DNA of 61,482 bases, the filler included, from Choristocarpus tenellus KU-1152 (taxonomy: Eukaryota; Protista; Phaeophyceae): assembly GCA_964200185.2 (NCBI GenBank). It is 12 parts of 12 records of this genome, joined end to end, with 100 filler letters (N's around TTAATTAATTAA, not from the genome) between each part and the next. Parts side by side here need not be neighbours in the genome. Positions count along the whole stretch, not along the records: positions 23,191 to 25,928 come from CAXNAD020025172.1; positions 26,029 to 34,455 come from CAXNAD020004722.1; positions 34,556 to 41,758 come from CAXNAD020006542.1; 9 more parts are not named here. One strand, given 5' to 3'. The notes below the pieces were generated by a model. That model saw only the letters and a program-made list of their open reading frames with translations, was not told the origin of the DNA and ran no database searches. The number at the start of each line of letters is the position of its first letter. The first letter of the stretch is position 1. Below, piece after piece: positions 23,661 through 35,772 of the stretch. A program made the translations under genes and the position numbers.

Positions 23661-25279
23661 GATCATGTTCTCATGCCAATTGCGTTATCCCTGAACTAAA
23701 CCATATAGAGACCTGTTGAGTTTGCCAACCGCTCCTGGTGTGGTTACCACATCTTCCGTTAGTTCAATGTTGATATCCTCCTTGACATCTGCCTGGACAA
23801 ACGTCAGCACCAAACCATGATGTATTAGTCCTCCCGGTCATCCAGCACAGCAATTGCCATCACCGACCGCATATGCACACTTCTCTGTCAAGTCTAGTCC
23901 AGAGATTTTCCTGTTCCCCATGGTCACCAGACGCGCATGGTACTCATCAACCTTCCCTTCAGTGTTGATTCTCTATTTGTAGACTCATTTGGTTGTCACC
24001 ACTGTGCAATCCGAAGGCCTATTTTTCCTTGTCCTGGACTCCAGTCTCCATCGGTTTCCCAACTCCTTCGCCATGGCATCCTGCCAAAATCGTGCTTCTG
24101 GTGGCTGTAAAGTGTCACCGACAGGATCGTGGTTCAGGTGGCAGGGTATTTGCCAGCCCATCAGGGAACTCCATGGGTCTCTTCCTCGACAATCAGGGCT
24201 TTAGCTAAGATAGCTTCAAGAGTACCTTCCGAAGTCCCTCAGTTGCCTCTCTTGATGACCCTCTGACGACCCTGCTTTGAATGCCGAGATTCTGGTGTAA
24301 GAGACTTGGGTGTTGGCTGAAACTCTGCGAGCTCATGCAACATTCGGCCTCACGACACACCGCGAGACCCCTTCCCGTACTGTGCAGATTCGTGTGATTT
24401 CTCACTGCGCACAGCCCTTTTGCTAACATCCTCTAACTCTTCAAAAGACGTCTCGAGTAAATCCAACAACAGTTCAGGCTCCTCATCTATAATCTCCCCA
24501 TCATCACAAGGTATTAAAGCAGGGGGAAGTTTAGGCCATGCCACACACTGTCGGATCAATAACTGGTTTGACCTCTCATGTAGAACTCGCCAGGAACCCC
24601 TTGACTGATGCTCAGCTAACCTCATCAGCAAGCACCTTGATCCTCGCATCACTAGTAGTTTGTTCTTGCATTTGCCACAAACCCCAGCAGTTCATCTAAC
24701 TTCCCCAGTTTTCCATGCCAGAGCTCGTATGATGAAATCCAATCTTCATTAGAGCGAGTGACAAACAAATTGCTGAGATGGCATGCATAATTCTGAGCTT
24801 TAACCCATAAATTGAGTCTGCCTTGAAGTTCAGTACAAATCATCATGGCCATCGCTTTCTCAGCAGTCAGGCTCAAGGATGATTCTGCTACACCATTATG
24901 TTCTAGGGAAAAAAACATCTGTGAACTCACGACATATCCCATGCTTCCACAGCGCATACTGGAAAGTCTCGTTTATGAACTCTCCTCTCTCGTTACTCTG
25001 AAAAGTCCTAGCTTATAGTCCACTCGGGAATCACTACGTCTGAGATGAAATCTGCCAGTGTACCAACTGCACTATCCTTCTTGACCAGGAATCGTATCCA
25101 CTTCATTTTCGTACAGTCGTTGGTTATGATCATGGAATAACTACGTAGCAGCCCCCAAGGCTACGGACTGGTTTAGGCCCACTCAGATCAGAAAATATCT
25201 TCTCCAGCTTCCTGCCTGCCTGAGAATCTGTTCTCTGTGGCACTGGATCACAATGAGCTTTGGATTGAGAGTACCCAAC

Positions 25280-25540
25280 GAGCCAAAGTATCTTAGAGGG
25301 TAGAGCCGCGTTCATTTGGGGGTAAAAATCCAATGTTGCGATTTTGAGTAATTTTGGCTATCGTGTTTGTTAGGAAGTGTCAATATCCTTGTTCCGGACA
25401 CACCTTTTCATAATATATACATTTTACCCACTCCGAAATATTTTGGAGTAGGAATATGCCATAAAACGCCCCGAGGGAAGCCAAGCCCCAAATGGACAAC
25501 AAACAGGGCAAAACTCGTACCCTCTAAGATACGTTCACTC
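25280..25540 (+). mobile_element. MITE family A with 4-bp TSD CAAC
   Basis: CAAC|GAGCCAAAGTATCTTAGAGGG...CCTCTAAGATACGTTCACTC|CAAC. Confidence 0.94.
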
Positions 25541-26028
25541 CAACACATGCTTAACCAACTTCCAATCAGGTCAATTTCATGCATTGCTGCAGTCTTGGGT
25601 GTTATCTGTTCGTGAAGATGCCCAATCTGTTGATGAAAACCTTTTGATATTGACCCCGACCTTCAACGTAGCCACTAGTCCAGTTGAGGTTTCTCGAGGT
25701 TAAGCCTGATACATGTAGCCTGTGTAAAAGTCATTCGACACTGGTATCACAAGATCATCCAAACCATTGTTTTCCTCCATCATCAATGCGCCAGTCTCAA
25801 CAATACTGCGTCGCCCTGATGCCTCGCAGATGGTGACCCAAAGTATCTGGGGGGGAGGGGGGGGGGGATCTACACCAGGGAGTCCATTTGGGTCAAAACC
25901 AGGAAAATACATTTACATTGTCCATCAGNNNNNNNNNNNNNNNNNNNNNNNNNNNNNNNNNNNNNNNNNNNNTTAATTAATTAANNNNNNNNNNNNNNNN
26001 NNNNNNNNNNNNNNNNNNNNNNNNNNNN

Positions 26029-26173
26029 GTCTATGCCAGGGTGTCCATTTGGACCCCGACAAGGAAACGTGCACCTACATTATCCATCTGACACATTCAA
26101 CCAAATCACCCAAAAATCGCGACATGGAAAAATGGGTTAAAAGAACAGCCGCCCCCCCCAGAGACTCTGAGCC
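26029..26173 (+). mobile_element. MITE family B, right portion
   Basis: Aligns with 4048-4197 (CCAGGGTGTCCATT...AAAATCGCGACATGGAAAAATGGG...C8AGA). Confidence 0.85.
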
Positions 26174-26629
26174 TTTATCATCATCAATGTTGGGACATCC
26201 TAAAAAGGCGACCTGTACCTGACATTCTGACATTTCACAGATGTATGAGGGGAAAAGACAATTCAATAAGGACCCCCAGCAAAAGTAACAGCTGAAAATA
26301 TTCAAGATATATTATCTCCAAAATCTATTTGCTCTTTGAGTAGCAACTGTACTACACCACTCCCATAAAAGCTGGTAATTACAATGGGATGTGTACATTG
26401 CTGTTATGCCTCCAACCTAGCTTAGCCCTACACTACAAAGCAAAGAACTAGGGAAGTATCCCAAGAATCTGACAAGTCAATTCAGTATCATCATTAGTAG
26501 ACATCGTGTGGAAACCAGGGTTGTCTGTTGTCATACCGTTATTGACGTCTCACAAACACCGTCATACCGATTGGGGTTCCTTGTCAGGAATCCCCGATTC
26601 TGGTGGAGCACCTTTCATGAGATAGGGGT

Positions 26630-27890
26630 ATATGATCTTTTCGACAAGACCAATCCCATAAAGTAGTGGACATCTCTTCAATTAGAGATGTCAAACATCG
26701 AAGATTCTCTTTGTTGTTTCGTGTTGACATTCTGATGATCTCCCTCTCATAAGATCCTCATCACTCTGGAATTCTCTGCAGTACTCTGCAGTCTTTGCAT
26801 TTGTCCAACCTTAACCTTGTCCTCTCGGTTACAGTTCATCTTGGTCCATCTTGCCCACTAATGTTCTTCACTTACCCTTGCCTGAGTGAACCACACCGCC
26901 ACTTTACTTCTCAGGAGTTATTCTGATATTTGATTGGCTTTCATTGGTTTTTCCCCTGACACTCCGGCAAAATGTAAGAGGGCAAAATAATGAAATATTT
27001 GTTATGTATAGCTAGGGCTGAAGCAGTATGTGTCTGAAAACTGTCATCATACCGTCCCCCTTCCCCTGTATCTCTATAGTTACTTGACCAGATAAAAAAC
27101 AAGAACAGGTCATACTTTCATCAAAATGGTTATAGTTACAGCAACAACGTGAAAAGATCGCGCACCTGACTTTTGTGCGATCAAAAACGCCAATAAGCTC
27201 CCTCCCCAGAGCAAAGTCTAGGTACCCACAGGACATGGATTTCGTATGAGGTCCCCATAATCGCGCACCAAAAACGCGCGTAAATACATAACGGCGTTCC
27301 ATTCCTGTCAGGGTTGCTATTTTAAAAAGGTTCCCTCTCCCTTCGCTAAAAGAATCACCCTCAAACGTTCAAGTCCACAAAGAAGATTTTTGAAGATATA
27401 CTAGGGTTGGTCGTCATCACCATCGTCACTATATTGTAACAATAACTTCAGTAACAGTAGTAGTATTAATACTAGAACAACAATATTCATGATGCAGGGG
27501 GAGGGGAATGAACCACTTTCAGCAATAAAAATGTTATTCTCCCAGGAGCAAGTATCGGTCCAAAACAGAGTTTATACCTGTTCGTGGATTACGCCCGTCC
27601 TTTGCAAATCATACATATGTGAATTGTGTGATTCTGCGGCGGCGCGGTTCACTCAGGTAAGGGTGGCAAAGAGAATCACCGGGCAAGACGGACGAGACGA
27701 ATAAAGACGAACCGTAACCGAGGGTACGAAGTTAAGGTTGGACAAATGCAAATTGAGGAGTGATGAGCATCTTCAGATATGGGGCTTCATCACCATAAGT
27801 CAAGAAGTGAGAACAAAGTGGATCTTTCATGTGTGACAACTCTGAATGACGAGCTGTCCCAAGTCTGTGGAGTTGATCTCGTCAAGAGAT
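26630..27890. repeat. Diverged inverted pair (about 26630-26830 and 27715-27890)
   Basis: GCATTTGTCCAACCTTAACCTTGTCCTCTCGGTTAC is close to the reverse complement of GTAACCGAGGGTACGAAGTTAAGGTTGGACAAATGC. Weaker similarity extends about 200 bp outward. Confidence 0.7.
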
Positions 27891-28727
27891 TCCATGGTTT
27901 CGTTCTGACGGAATGTTCTCACCTCAACTTTTAAAACATGTATCCTTTTGACACTAACTTAAAATTGGTACTACATGTACTTTGAGTACATATCTTCAAC
28001 TTTCGTTGAAAGTGCCTACTTTATTTTAAATAAGACATTTCATGTGTGTTGAAAAGAGATTAACTTGAAATAAATAGGATGAGATAGCAAATGTAATTTC
28101 CACCTCTTTTCACCAGATCATCATAATATCCAAAAAGTCCCACACGCCAACCCAACCTGTCCCACAATAATTTAACATGTCAGGTACTGAACCTGTCCAT
28201 GTCCGCTGGTCGGACCAGGTCAAACATTCTTTAACATACCCAGACCATGTCCACAGAGTATTGTATCGGCCCATGCCTACCAGCCAACCAGTCCAACTAT
28301 TTTCCTTGAATGTATGGACCATGGCCTGCCCATCAGTTCATTTTTTTTCTGACATGTCCAGACCGTGTGTACTACCTCTTAGTATAAGTGTGAATGTGAG
28401 ACATCAACGCACACAAGAATCACAAATCACCTCACACACCCATCTATCCACTTGCATTAAATTTACAATTGTAATATTCTAAAAAAAACACTCTAAAGGT
28501 AAGATAGAAATATCACCATATATAATCAATTTTGTGTTGACCATAGAAATTTGAAAATTAGGATACAATACTGAAGAAGAGTGGTAAAATAGAGGCATGG
28601 TCATGATATATTTGACCTAAGTCTAAAAAAATTATTACCTGACCAACCATACATACAATGTTCTCATATGACCAAGTCCATGACCATCGGTTATTCAGCA
28701 TGACCAGGATTACTGATCTGTCGTGTA

Positions 28728-29483
28728 CTCCTACGGTCCCATAGGTCTGGGTCGTCATGGTCTTATGTGAATAACGTTTTCAAATGTGAGATCCAAAATC
28801 TAGAAATAATATCATTCGAAAGCCAACAACATAAATATCTTCAAAAAAAAATTCATTTCGAAATGGTCAAGAACGAGCTGTGAACACAAACGGGTTTTTT
28901 TTCAGAAATAGCAGATTTAGCCAAAAAAGCAAAAAACCCAGCAAAAAATGGCTGGAAATGATGGTTAATCGGCCACGTCTCAAGGAGACCTCCAACGAAG
29001 ACGCAGTTAATTGCGTTGGATTCCTTGGCGTTTTTTGTATTAAATTAATTACTCGCCACACTAATTCTCTCCCTCAATCCAAGTTGTGGCTGCGTTGTGC
29101 GCATCTCTGTCAATGGGGATCAAGTGATCCAGAACGCCCTCCTCAGGAGGAGAGAATGAGAGTAACGAGCAATTAATTTAATACAAAAAACGCCAAGGAA
29201 TCCAATGCAATTAACTGCGTCTTCATTGGAGGTCTCCTTGAGACGTGGCCTATTAACCATCATTTCCAGCCATTTTTGGCTTGTTTTGCTGTTTTGGCTA
29301 AATCTGCCATTCCGAAAAAATACGTTTGTGTTTAAATGAGGGTTTCTCGATATTTTGAAGATATCTGTACGAAAGCCGAAGTTGTTGACTATCGAACGAT
29401 ATTATTGGTAGTTTCTGAATCTCACATTTGAAAAAGTTATTAGCAAAAAAATATAACGGTACAGACTTATGGGACAGAGGGAA
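28728..29483. mobile_element. Stowaway-like fold-back MITE (mariner-type ends, TA flanks) with a long internal inverted repeat
   Basis: TA|CTCCTACGGTCCCATAGGTCTG...CAGACTTATGGGACAGAGGGAA|TA. The termini match the neighbouring mariner end at 30035. Arms 28944-29055 and 29166-29277 are near-perfect complements. Confidence 0.85.
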
Positions 29484-29485
29484 TA

Positions 29486-29666
29486 AGAACATACCACATT
29501 CTGTTTTCCATTCTTTCGAAACCATTTCAGAACAGAAATCTTTGTAGAAATATTTATGACATACACGTAAAATATTCCAACGAACCTAACGTAAAAGTCC
29601 GTTTTGTAATCGGACGTCATCCTAGAGAGGTACAACTTAACGGCCCAGACCTATGGAACAGAGGTA
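29486..29666. mobile_element. Terminal fragment of the plant-type mariner family
   Basis: 29486-29560 matches 31561-31630. It ends TTAACGGCCCAGACCTATGGAACAGAGG, the reverse complement of the 30035 terminus. Confidence 0.75.
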
Positions 29667-30034
29667 GCACAACCAAGTTCGAACATGGGGGAGTCCATGC
29701 CCATTGAGTGTTTCGACATGGCCAGGCCACAGGCTGGTCTGTGGTCATATGCCCGACAGTAGACATGGTTATTGCCTGAGCTGATGAAAAGTCCTGATAA
29801 TTTTGTGAGAGGTTTGTTAGGGATACACCCCTCCACTCATATTTTGTAGTAACACACTTCTTTAGAGGGGGGTTAGAATACTGTATATTATGAGAGGTGT
29901 GGATGTACACACTTCAATATTGGAAATGTATTCTGCTTACTTCTTGAATAACATGTACTCTGGGACAAACTCTTACGAAATAAAGATTACATAATCGGAC
30001 CTAGTTGGAGAAGTAGTACATGAGAATAAGTATA

Positions 30035-31640
30035 TTCCCTCTGTCCCATAGGTCTGGGCCGTTAATTTGTAGCTCTTCGGAATGATCTCCAATCACAAAA
30101 CGTACCTTGCGTTGAATTCCTTGGGATACTCTACATTAAAGAACTTTGTCTCGCCTTTTTTTGACAACGTCAACCCACCAATCCAGGGCTGCCACGGAGG
30201 CCGATCAGTCTACTTCGACTGATCTAGCCAACCCGCCCTCCTGCTACCTTTTTTGGTCCTGGTGTGCTCAACCTCGAAATCGTTCCCCCCAAGCGCCCTT
30301 GACAACTGATTGTACCTCTTAAACAGACTCTGTCACACCCTCTTGAGCATGTCTGCGTCGTATGCACAGAATATGGTTGAAACTCCCTCTGCAAGTTCAC
30401 CAATGATGCCGTAATGCTCCGCCCAAACCCTGCTCTTCAGAGATGCAAAACCCCCCAATCATTGATGTCGGACCGGTGACTGCGCTGGCTGTATCATGAG
30501 CTTAATGTTCCATCCCTCCGCCATCCTTGCTGTGTTCAGCTTCTACACAGTGCCCTTGCCCGTATGCAGGATTGGACCGTCCTGCAGTATGGAGCCCTCC
30601 CCCCTGATTCCAGCCACAACATTTTTTCCTTGATCACTGGCAACAGCTGCTCCATGTACCAGTCCAGGTACCACTCAGTGTCGATGGTGACATCGACCTC
30701 GTACTCCTCACCCTTTGTGTGCCGTGTTGTAGTCCGTAGCGCCTCCTTCATGCCACAAACCCGCCAGATCCCAATCTTGTTGTCCAAATCATGGGAACAA
30801 TCTGGGCGTGAAACAGCAGAGATGATCATCACATTGGGAATGTGACTCTTGTGCTGCACCTTCGTCGAGCCCAACTTTTCCTCCCCTTGGAACATGTGCA
30901 CAATCTCTTGTTTGTGGATGAGGTGGAACCACGCCTTGTCAATGTGAATGGTGTTGAGGCTAGTCCTGTAGGTTTTGCGGTTGCGGGAGATCTGGTCAAG
31001 GATGAAGTCCACCCTGTTCTTCTTGTGAGCAAATCAATGGCTAGGGGTGACACGCCGCTAAACCCTTGTTGCCCCCACGGCTTCAAGCCAGCAATAAAGC
31101 TTTGAGTTGCCAACTGCAAGGTCCGCTTCGGTGAGCTTGACAGAAAGTTGGTCAATAGTCAGGATGCGATTACTGGCGTTAATTTCCCGGATCTTCGCTT
31201 GTTTCATTGGCGTCAAGTTCAACAGTCGTCCAAATAGTGCTTGTGATTTCAGGGAGATGGTGTTCCCCCTGTCTAACTGTTCATTGACGCGCGCCCATAC
31301 CTGTCTTGGCTGTCTCTCTCCCATTCCAAACTCTTTCGCCAACTTAGACCCCACACCCCTCCGGAGCCTCTCATGACCTGGAGGAAGAACCAATGCGTAA
31401 CACAGAGCAAGTGCAGTCCGACCTCCCTCAGTCAGCTTGCAGTTTTTTCCCTGAGATGGCAGACTTCATGCTGGGGACGACGGGCTGTGGAGGCTCGCCA
31501 TGGGGGTTGTGAGAGTGTTGTGTGGTTCCACGCTGCAGCAGGAACATAAAAAAAATTATAAGAATATGCCCCATTCTGTGTTCCATTCTTTCGGAACCAT
31601 TTCAGAATAGAGTTCTTTGTAGAATTGTTTTAAATCTAGT
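30035..31640 (-). mobile_element. Degenerate plant-type (DD39D-like) mariner transposon, one TIR missing
   Basis: Terminus TA|TTCCCTCTGTCCCATA. Transposase motifs IHIDKAWF, QHKSHIPNVMIISAVSRP, KIGIW, ILQDGP..H and QPAQSP..INDxGxFASL occur across frameshifted frames 31058-31393, 30829-31155 and 30536-31012. Confidence 0.88.
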
Positions 31641-31647
31641 GATTTAC

Positions 31648-31913
31648 GAGTGAAAGTATCTTACTTAGAGGGTACGAGTTTTGCCCTGTTTGTCCATTTG
31701 GGGCTTGACTTCCCTCGAGATTTTTTATGACATTTTCCTACTCCGAAACAATTCTGAGTAGGTAAAATGTGTATGTTATGAAAAGATGTGTCCGGAACAA
31801 GGATATTGACACTTCCTAACAAACACGATAACCAAAATTACATCATCTAATTCGCAACATTGGATTTTGGCCCCCAAATGGACGCGGCTCTACCCTCTAA
31901 GATACTTTGGCTC
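31648..31913 (-). mobile_element. MITE family A with 4-bp TSD TTAC
   Basis: TTAC|GAGTGAAAGTATC...GATACTTTGGCTC|TTAC. Confidence 0.94.
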
Positions 31914-32288
31914 TTACCGGTCATGGAAACGATGCATGATGTAATGAACAGCCACCTCTAGCACACATAAGAGTCAATGCGCCCAGTGATACGGTGTCTT
32001 CACCACCCATGCGAACAAGGAGAGTTGAGAGGTAAAATTAGTCTTATGACCAATTTATTTATTTATTTTAAACGTCCACCAACGTATAAACAGTCTATTT
32101 GCAAAGGACTGATAGGCTTAGTAAACACGAGATGTTCAGTCAGAGCTGGTCGTGAAAAGGTTAACCGAGATCTGTTACTAGTTATCTAATCTCTTCACAA
32201 AACGATAGACTACACACATCTGTGACAATACGACATAAAATGATTCGTGTAAACTAGATGGTCAACCTATGTAAAGGATTGTGATATA

Positions 32289-32506
32289 ACAACCGATTTC
32301 AAAAATTTAGGATGGAGCTTTTCATTGAGGATGGGCTTGACCNNNNNNNNNNGATAAAACAACAAAAATTAATTATTGAAAATGGAGTGTTTAACTTATG
32401 AAGGGGTTTGCAAAAAAATAACTGGGATAAAGTGTCGATATGTTTTTTTTTTAATGAAAGCCCATCCTCAATGAAAAGCTCCATCCTCAATTTTGAAATG
32501 GGCTGT
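32289..32506. mobile_element. MITE family C (~50-bp TIRs containing repeated GAGGATGG; probable TA TSD); contains a 10-N gap
   Basis: ACAACCGATTTCAAAAATTTAGGATGGAGCTTTTCATTGAGGATGGGCTT pairs with AAGCCCATCCTCAATGAAAAGCTCCATCCTCAATTTTGAAATGGGCTGT. Related ends lie near 16310-16405 and 23191-23220. Confidence 0.78.
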
Positions 32507-33962
32507 TATGTGTGAGTAACACGAGAACTGGACCAAGATACACAAGTCATACATAGATTGGAGGGGATCTGTACCAGACATATGTTCGGATAGACCCTTC
32601 CAACTGTATCGGATATCACAATACAATAGTTGTCAGTTTGTAAACCCAGAACTATTTTTTCTATAAACTGTGCAATATAGGCTGATAGTGTATATGGTTT
32701 ATACGTGTTTAGTGAAAACTACGAGACAACAGGAATGTTGGACAAGTGGAACAAGTGGTATTGACTTTATTTCGTGTACGTAAATTAATGAGTTCGAATC
32801 TCAAACGATCGACTTCAAATTACTTGATGTAAATGGATTGATGGACAAGTTCTGACATAGTACTGTACATAGTACGATGAAACGGCAGGACACGTTTTGA
32901 TGTGTCAGCTGATGCGTCAGCTGATATATGTAATAAACAATAAGGTAATAAGAGAGAGGACCCGGCCCCCCCCCACACCCCCACCACCGAGGGCAGTGCT
33001 CACTCCGCTAATAATAAACATATCCATACCACACAAAGCAAATACTCCACTTGAGTAGCTCTCTTTTGCATATAAACGGATGGATAGGGATTGATTATAT
33101 TATTGTAAGCAGGCTTGAGGTTGCGAGTCACCTACCTCCTTGGGACTAATCACACATCCGCAACATTTGGCACTATTCCCTTATTTTATCACTCGTACCC
33201 ACACATGAGTCAGGGGAAACTTCAACACAATATATTGGAACCCTAGGTCTCTACCTGTACCTGTCGTGTCTTTGGACAGAGAAGGGACACCAGTAAATGC
33301 TCTGGGCTGAAGTGATGTCTCCCTTGCCAAAGATCATCTTGAACTTTCCTCTACTATGGATGGCCTGCTTAAGACAATAACACAATTTAAAGCTAGACCG
33401 GACTGTTGTTTTCAGACGGATGTTGGCATTGGAGTCGTCAACGGCAACAATCCCACTGTCCTGACCACTGTGCCCAGCACGAGGCGTCCGGCCGGTTGTG
33501 TACGAGCGGAAGTCAGATCCCTAAGTGAGGCAGTGAATCATTATGCACATGGCATTTTACGTTTCGGACAGCACCATCCAACACATCATGGTCGTATGGG
33601 GAGCCTCGTGGATTGGTAAGATGGAGTGCAACAGAGGAGAAAAGCTGGGGTGGTAGCCGTGACACTTGAAAGTGATCCACGGACAACAGCCATAATTCCT
33701 AACAAGGTGATCCCTGCACAAGATGATGGAGACAATCAAGTCAATGCAGCTGGAGCTGCAGCTGTGACCAAGTCTGCGCCAAATGAACCTGGAACAGTCA
33801 CCACACATGTCCCTGAGGGGGCATGCCCATCGATTGGAGATGCCAAGATTATTGCTTTCAGAGCGAGAAAAGCAGTCACCATACCTGCCACCAAAGGGAG
33901 AAGGACATCAGCAGGAGCAGTAGCTAAGTCCCCAGCAGAGGAAAAAGGAACAGCTACATCTT

Positions 33963-34260
33963 AGGTGCTTGCCGAGATGGCACACCTCCAAGACGCCCCA
34001 CTCACCTGTAAAAAGGCTAGAGTCAAGCCTCCAACTCCCAACGGAGAAGGAGCCAAGCCATGCAATCCCTGGAGGGGAAGGCCTTGCTAGTATCAAGGTG
34101 CTTGCCGTGATGGCAGCCTTCGATGTCCCTCTGCTCGAGTGTGAAACTGCTCGAGCTAGCTTCCAACTCCTGAGGGAGAAGGAGCCAACTAACCAAACCC
34201 GGTAGGGGGGAACCATTGTTCTTCTCAAGGTGGTTGCCACAATGGCAGACCTTGATGACT
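33963..34260. repeat. Degenerate tandem repeat, period 132-133 bp (about 2.2 units)
   Basis: AGGTG(C/G)TTGCC....ATGGCA recurs at 33963, 34096 and 34228. AGC(C/T)TCCAACTCC...GGAGAAGGAGCCAA recurs twice. Confidence 0.65.
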
Positions 34261-34555
34261 CTCGCAGGGAAGGTAACCCGGTGAGCAGGTAGTAGGCAAG
34301 GGCTGCCTACACATAACTGGGGAGACTGGCGCAGTGGAGCTTCACAAGTCTCATCAAGGGAGGAGAAGCTGTGACATGTTGCCTGGGCCCAAAGACCCAA
34401 AGAATCTTGGGGGGGAGGAGGGGGGAGGTTACACCAGGGTGTCCATTTGGGCTATNNNNNNNNNNNNNNNNNNNNNNNNNNNNNNNNNNNNNNNNNNNNT
34501 TAATTAATTAANNNNNNNNNNNNNNNNNNNNNNNNNNNNNNNNNNNNNNNNNNNN

Positions 34556-34614
34556 GCAATCTCGCCGGGTTTATCACCTTTATCCTCTTAGATGATTTTG
34601 GGGATACTTTAACA
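34556..34614 (+). repeat. 3' end of a copia family 1 LTR
   Basis: GCAATCTCGCCGGGTTTATCACCTTTATCC...GATACTTTAACA matches the other two LTR copies. Confidence 0.88.
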
Positions 34615-34619
34615 AGTCA

Positions 34620-35065
34620 CTCCCCGTGAAAATCTAGTATGGTCAATAGTCATTTCATAGGTGACCGTCGCGTAACCTATCGAGGCAGCCCTTTCACACA
34701 CAAACTCTACTGGCGGGTATGCTCACCTTCAGCTTCACGGGTATGACAGGGCGTCCGGTGCCATCTGCGGTTCAACAACCAAGCCACCCCTGCCTTTGTA
34801 CCTCTTTCACGAAATCTTCAAAGAAAACAAATGGGACACGGAACCACCTCATAAACTTCAGCGTCTCCCGCTAAGTGACCTCCTCTCTCAGAGCTTCCTC
34901 TCTCCCCAGCATAACCTCCCACGAGCTCGCCATGTAAACAGCCCGATCATTGGGGATGCGAAACCTGCGAAATAGTGTATGTTCATCCTCCTCATCTTCC
35001 TCGTCCATCAAAGCGCAGATGAGCAATATCTCAGCGTTTATTATCTGCCTAGATCTCGCGTCCAA
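34620..35065 (-). mobile_element. PIF/Harbinger-like transposase N-terminal remnant
   Basis: Reading through stops gives KFMRWFRVPFVFFEDFVKEV...DGTGRPVIPVKLKV, resembling the FRRxFR(V/M)...F..L and DxxGR..IP.ELK segments of Harbinger transposases. Confidence 0.6.
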
Positions 35066-35772
35066 GCTAAAGGTAGATTCATCGAGGATGATGGACCTGA
35101 GGACGATGACATTCGGTCTCTCTCACTCTCTTCATCCATTTTGTAAATCTTGAATCAGATGACGTATACGTAATAACTCTGTAACCCCAAGGACATTGCG
35201 ACGAACAACAACAGAGGGCAAATCGAAATACCAAGAATTCCATTCAGATTTTCCTTGAAAATTGGTCACGAATCGTCTGATCCACCCTCCGTTCAGATTT
35301 CCCTCGTTTAAAAATTCCTAAAAACTGCCTTATAATTCCCACTTGTGACGAGTCACGATTTTGTGTTCGTAACGGGTCTGAAAACGTAGGTATAGGAGAT
35401 GGCGTAATGGAAGAGTATAATTATTCTCCCCATCAATTTTCACATTAACCCTCGAATGTTGTTTACTCAGATTAATTGATTAGTAGTCAAAAATCTTCAT
35501 ACTATTGATTTTATATTACTCTCATTATTCCCATCACATTATTGATCCTCTAATCTCTTTATTACCATTGCATGAGAATAGAACATACAGGAGAGATTTC
35601 ATGTCATTGAGAGTATTGAATATTTCTGATAGAACAGTTTGCTTACATGTAAGGAATAATCCCTACATTTATTTTTATTCGAGATGTTTGTGTTTTGAAG
35701 GATTTACTTGCACCTTCCAGTTAGAATTGCTATTCATCACGTATAGCCTCAGTGAAGGCTGAGAATTGGGAC

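Larger units (their letters stand above)
23230..25834 (-). mobile_element. Degenerate Ty1/copia pol (pre-integrase, integrase, RT) interrupted by MITEs
   Basis: Minus strand reads KIFSDLSGPKPVRSLGG, HNGVAES, SYELWHGK, and RT segments ARLVTMGNR and WHENMIRALKGLGFEQCRADPCLL, the last restored by removing the MITE. Confidence 0.88.
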
